Shown here: positions 59,950 through 64,000 of the stretch, in pieces
How positions within the stretch are numbered: position 1 is the stretch's first letter
Layout: each line of letters opens with the position of its first letter
Assembly: GCA_049315825.1 (NCBI GenBank)
Contig: JBMOJK010000004.1
Coordinates: forward strand, 648-64,647
Direction: 5' to 3'
DNA: 64,000 bases
Source: Patescibacteria group bacterium
GTDB taxonomy: Bacteria > Patescibacteriota > Gracilibacteria > BD1-5 > UBA2023
Notes under the pieces: generated by a model
Seen by the model: the letters and a program-made list of their open reading frames with translations, nothing else
What the model was told of the DNA's origin: nothing
Database searches by the model: none
Made by a program: the position numbers and the translations under genes

Positions 59950-62900
59950 ATGGCATTCGTTCACCTCCATACGCATACCCATTACTCGTTTCTTCAGGGA
60001 CTCTGAACCCCGAAGAAGCTCGCCCACAAAGCCAAAGAACTCGGTATGAGTGCCGTTGCACTCACGGACGTTGGAAACCTGTATGGAGCATTCGAATTCT
60101 ACAAATACGCGAAGGAGGCAGGAGTAAATCCTATCATCGGAGTCGAGTTCACGATCGCACGCAAAGGACGCACCAACAAAGACAAGGACAACGACCTCTA
60201 CCAGATCGTCCTCCTTGCTAAGAATTACCAAGGATATCAGAATCTCATCGCCATGGTTACAGAATCCTACCTCACAGGATTCTATTTCAAGCCACGCATC
60301 GACTTCGAGCTTCTGAGTACCTACCGATCAGATCTCATCGCACTTTCTGGGAATCATACCGGAGAAATCGCGCAGCACGTCACGACTGGTCGACCGACGG
60401 ATTTTGTCGTAGAACGTATCGAATACTATGAAAGCCTCTTTGGGAAAGGAAATTTCTACCTCGAACTCCTCGAACACCCGGACCGCGGATCACAGACGAA
60501 GATCAACGACTCATTTGTAAAGCTCGCTCGTGAATACGGATTTCCGCTCGTAGCAGCAAACGATAGCTACTATCTCACGCCCGATGATGCAGAGCCACAG
60601 GATCTGCTGTTTTGTATCGGAGATGGCCGATCACTCGAAGATCCAGATCGCCCAACGCTCATCGAAGGAAACTACTCTCTGCGTAGTGTACAGGAGATGG
60701 AGGAGCTTTTCGCATATGCCCCGGATGCGATCGAGAATACTGTGAAGATCGCAAACGAGATCAACCTCGACATCCCCTACGGAAAGACGCTCATCCCGAA
60801 GTTCGAACTCGCCGAACCACAAAAGGTCGAATATCGAAAATACATCGCCATCATCCCAGACGGAGTCCAGAAAATGGGAGAAGAAGAATGGAACCTTCGA
60901 AGACTCTGTATCACGGGTCTCAATCGACGATATGATTTTGGTCTCGATGAGGCGACGATTGATGAATTCATCCATAAGCTCGACATCCCAAAGCCTGAGA
61001 AAAAACTCTCTGCGATGAGCGTGAACGAGCTTATCGAGCTTTCTGTTGCATACGAAACCCCCAAGAAGCGTGAGATACTTTCTACGCTCAATGAAAAGCA
61101 AAAAGAGGTTGTAGACCGCCTTGAATATGAACTCGTGGTAGTTGATCTCATGGGATTCAATGGGTATTTCAACATCGTATCTGACTTCATTAACTGGGCA
61201 AAGGACCATGATGTACCAGTAGGACCCGGTCGAGGTTCGGCAGCGGGTGCGATCCTCGCCTACCTCTCAGGGATCACCGACATCGATCCACTCAGATATG
61301 GACTCCTCTTCGAGCGATTCCTGAACCCTGCGCGTATCTCGATGCCGGATATCGACGTAGACTTCTCGGACGAAGGACGTGGAGATGTACTCGACTATGT
61401 TCGCGACAAATACGGAGCGGATCATGTTACGCGTGTTTGTACGTTCGGAACCATGGCAGCTCGTGCCGCGGTGAAGGACGTAGGAAAGGTACTCGGGATA
61501 CCATTTGCCGAGATGAACAAACTCGCGGCGCTCATCCCTGCTCGACCTGGGACGAAGCTTGCGGAAGCGATCGAGGAATCTGTCGAATTCAAGGAAGCGT
61601 ACATGTCCGATCCTCGCTATCACAAGGTTATCGACAATGCCCTGAAGCTTGAGTGATCCGTACGTCAGCTCGGAGTTCATGCCTGTGCGGTTATCATCGC
61701 GCCGGAGAAAATGACGAACTACTGTGCTCTCCAGCACCCACCGAAGGATAACGAAACGATCGTTACCCAGCTTTCACAGTATCCACTCGAAGACCTCGGT
61801 CTTCTCAAGATGGACTTCCTCGGACTTCGAAATCTCACGATCATGAAGCGCTGTCTTGAGATCGTCAAAAATACCCACAACATCGATATAGATCTCCTCA
61901 AGATCAATTTCGAAGACAAGAAGGTATTTAAGATATTTGCCGAAGGAGATACTACCGGAGTATTTCAGTTTGAATCCTCTGGTATGCGCAAATATTTGCG
62001 AGAACTACGACCCAATAGCTTTGAAGATATCATCGTGATGGTTTCCTTGTATCGACCAGGACCACTCGCCTATATCCCGACGTACATCGCCCGTAAGCAC
62101 GGAAAAGAAAAGGTCTCCTACCCTCACCCATCGCTCGAGCTCATCTTGAAGCCAACTCAGGGTATCGCGGTCTATCAGGAGCAGATCATGCAGCTCGTAC
62201 AGGCATTTGCGGGATTCTCCCTCGGTGAAGCCGACATCCTGCGTCGTGCGATCGGTAAGAAGAAGATCGACCTCCTCATGGAGCAAAAAGAGAAATTCAT
62301 CGTCGCAGCCAACAGTCAAGGTCATACGACCGAGCTCGCGAAGTATATCTTCGAGGATATCATCGAACCATTTGCTGGATACGGATTCAACAAATCACAT
62401 GCCGCATGTTATTCGATGATCTCGTACCAGACAGCGTATCTTAAGGCCTACTACCCAACGGAATTCATGACTGCACTCATGGTATCCGACGAAGAAGACA
62501 CCGAGCGTATCACGATGGAAATCGAAGAATGTAAGGCAAAAGGAATCGAAATCCTCCCTCCTGATGTCAACGAATCCAAGAAGCATTTCACCTATATCGA
62601 TCGCTCGCATATCCGCTTCGGACTCAAGGCTGTGAAGGGTCTTGGAAATGGTCCAATCGACTCAATTCGTACTGGACGCGAAGGTGATCCATATAAATCC
62701 ATCCTCGACTTCATCACCAAAACCAACGGCGATGTGATCAACCGCAAATCCCTCGAAGCACTCACGCTCTCTGGGGCATTTGATAGATTCGGTGAGCGCT
62801 CAAGCATCCTGCGCTCAATCCCAAAGATGATCTCCTATGCTAAAGAAAACGAGGCAAAAAGCGCGAGTTCTCAGATCGGACTCTTTGATATGTCGCACGA

Positions 62901-63846
62901 AGATTCGCATCTCTGAGAACTCAATTTCTCTCTCGAAAAAGCACCTCCGATGAGCTTCGAAGAGCGCGTCAAGGGTGAGAAAGCCAGTATCGGATACTCG
63001 GTTTCTGGGCATGGACTCGACGGACTCAAACCATTCGTGGATCGTCGTATCATCGGAAAGGAACACGTTGTAGAATTCCTCAAGCGACAAGAAGAACGCG
63101 AAGTGGTCGTAGACGACATGGGCGATGGTGAAGTCCCAGTCGTCGAAGCACCGAAGGCTCAAGCTGCCCAATCCGACTCCTCAACCCCCGAGGATACCAA
63201 CGATACCCCCAAGAAAAAAGAACGCGAGAAAATGATCCGCGTCCGTTTCGTCTGACTCGTATCGAGCATCCGCAAGATCCAAACCAAAACTGGTAAGATG
63301 ATGGCCGTCGCACAGTGTGATTCAACGGATTTTCGATTCAGCTGTGTCGTATTCCCAAAGGACTACGAACTCCTCTCCCCTCTCCTCGAAGAAGACAAGA
63401 TCCTCCTCGTCGAAGGAAACCTCAAATGCGACGAAGAATCCGGAGAAATCTCCGTCATCGCTACCGGCCTCAAATCTAACACCATCTCCGCCATCCGCGC
63501 CCAAGCCCAAGAGATGCAGCTCTTCGATGCGAAATTCCGCGTCAGCTACTATCTCTCACTCACCACCCTCGCAGACGGTGAAACCCCCCAGAAAGCCACC
63601 GAAGCGCCTCCAAAGTCACTCCTCGTCACCGTGCCAAAGAGTGCATCCAAACAAGATCTCCTCGATCTCAAGCACTTCCTTTCACAGCAGTCCGAAGGTG
63701 TATACCGAGTATTCCTCGATATCCAAGAACAGCGTGTAGATACCAAGCTCAAGGTTACTTCCGAAGAAGTCCTCAAAGCCTGGGTGAGCGAACGCTGGAA
63801 GACTGGGAAGGTGCGGGAAGATTTTGATGCAGCAGTTTTGGGATAA
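59950..63846 (+). CDS. dnaE: DNA polymerase III alpha subunit
   Basis: From ATG 59950: MAFVHLHTHTHYSFLQGL-TGA(60004-60006)-TPKKL (PHP domain). Track ORFs 60046..61656, 61711..62916, 62950..63255 and 63298..63846 share one frame and join at TGAs. Motifs: GPGRGSAAGA, PDIDVDF, MDFLGLRNLT, FQFES.GM, GFNKSHA, and the OB-fold region KTGKMMAVAQCDSTDFRFSCVVFP. 1,298 aa, TAA stop. Confidence 0.95.
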
Positions 63847-63855
63847 AACGATGGA

Positions 63856-64000
63856 TTAGATCGTCTCAAAATCATATCTATCAGCCACCCACACTCGCGT
63901 AAGATCCACTCCTACGATTTCACACACAACATCTTTCACCCAGTCGCCCCGATTCCCTTCTTTGTGACTTGGGTCATCTAGTTCGATACATTTTAGAATG
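63856..64000 (-). CDS. C-terminal 47 codons of an unidentified protein (gene starts beyond the window end)
   Basis: The minus-strand frame is open from the window edge: ..ILKCIELDDPSHKEGNRGDWVKDVVCEIVGVDLTRVWVADRYDFETI, ending at TAA 63856-63858. It is convergent with dnaE. Confidence 0.4.
   Translation of the reverse strand, partial: ILKCIELDDPSHKEGNRGDWVKDVVCEIVGVDLTRVWVADRYDFETI

Noticed and set aside
63549-63875. 108-aa minus-strand ORF at the end of dnaE.
   Set aside because: It is an antisense shadow of the dnaE C-terminal region. The real minus-strand coding signal starts only at 63856, in a different frame.
1-64000. Search by eye for CRISPR arrays, tRNA/rRNA genes, transposases, integrases, toxin-antitoxin pairs and restriction-modification genes.
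   Set aside because: None was recognised. The only substantial DNA repeat is the 255-bp pcrA-tail pair. A computational scan (tRNAscan-SE, Infernal, a CRISPR finder) is still needed, because small RNAs are easy to miss by eye.

Overview
This 64-kb window comes from a bacterium that reads TGA as a sense codon, almost certainly glycine (translation table 25, the Gracilibacteria/Absconditabacteria type of CPR genome). The supplied standard-code ORF track is therefore fragmented. By hand count, about 115 in-frame TGAs interrupt otherwise continuous genes. Every CDS called here ends in TAA or TAG. After rejoining fragments I call about 55 tightly packed CDS. I recognise no rRNA, tRNA, CRISPR array, transposase or integrase.

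Gene content, in window order:
- 1-4.9 kb: a surface-protein trio (a >1,140-aa secreted protein, a lipoprotein and a secreted protein).
- 5-6.7 kb: a GIY-YIG protein and an ABC-F ATPase.
- 7.2-19.3 kb: a 12-kb glycan biosynthesis cluster. It holds three GT4, glmS, manC, gmd, a GT9, a methyltransferase, three GT2 and a DUF2304 protein.
- 19.4-23.8 kb: malic enzyme, an APC permease and an MBL-fold hydrolase.
- 23.8-26.7 kb: a small accessory island inserted at the 3' end of pcrA, flanked by a 255-bp direct repeat of the pcrA tail.
- 26.7-33.6 kb: pcrA, an M23 peptidase with SLH domains, ychF and a MurF-like ligase.
- 36.7-50 kb: a cell-surface locus. It holds the prepilin peptidase pilD, a type IV pilin-like protein, a FecR-like membrane protein, a 770-aa PKD membrane protein and an orphan solute-binding protein. 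It also holds an 1,819-aa giant protein with a T4SS-pilin-like membrane module, a PKD array and a cytoplasmic tail carrying five [LI]P[DS]WL[KS] motifs.
- 50-64 kb: miaB; a murG-dprA-DUF58-GDYXXLXY-DUF2157-MoxR operon; a P-loop kinase; a 432-aa orphan protein; and dnaE.

The findings most worth follow-up are the giant pilin-PKD protein and its locus, the pcrA-tail duplication with exclusively synonymous differences, and the strongly uneven density of TGA-Gly codons between genes.

All calls rest on reading the sequence and on motif recognition from memory. No database search, GC calculation or RNA folding was run.
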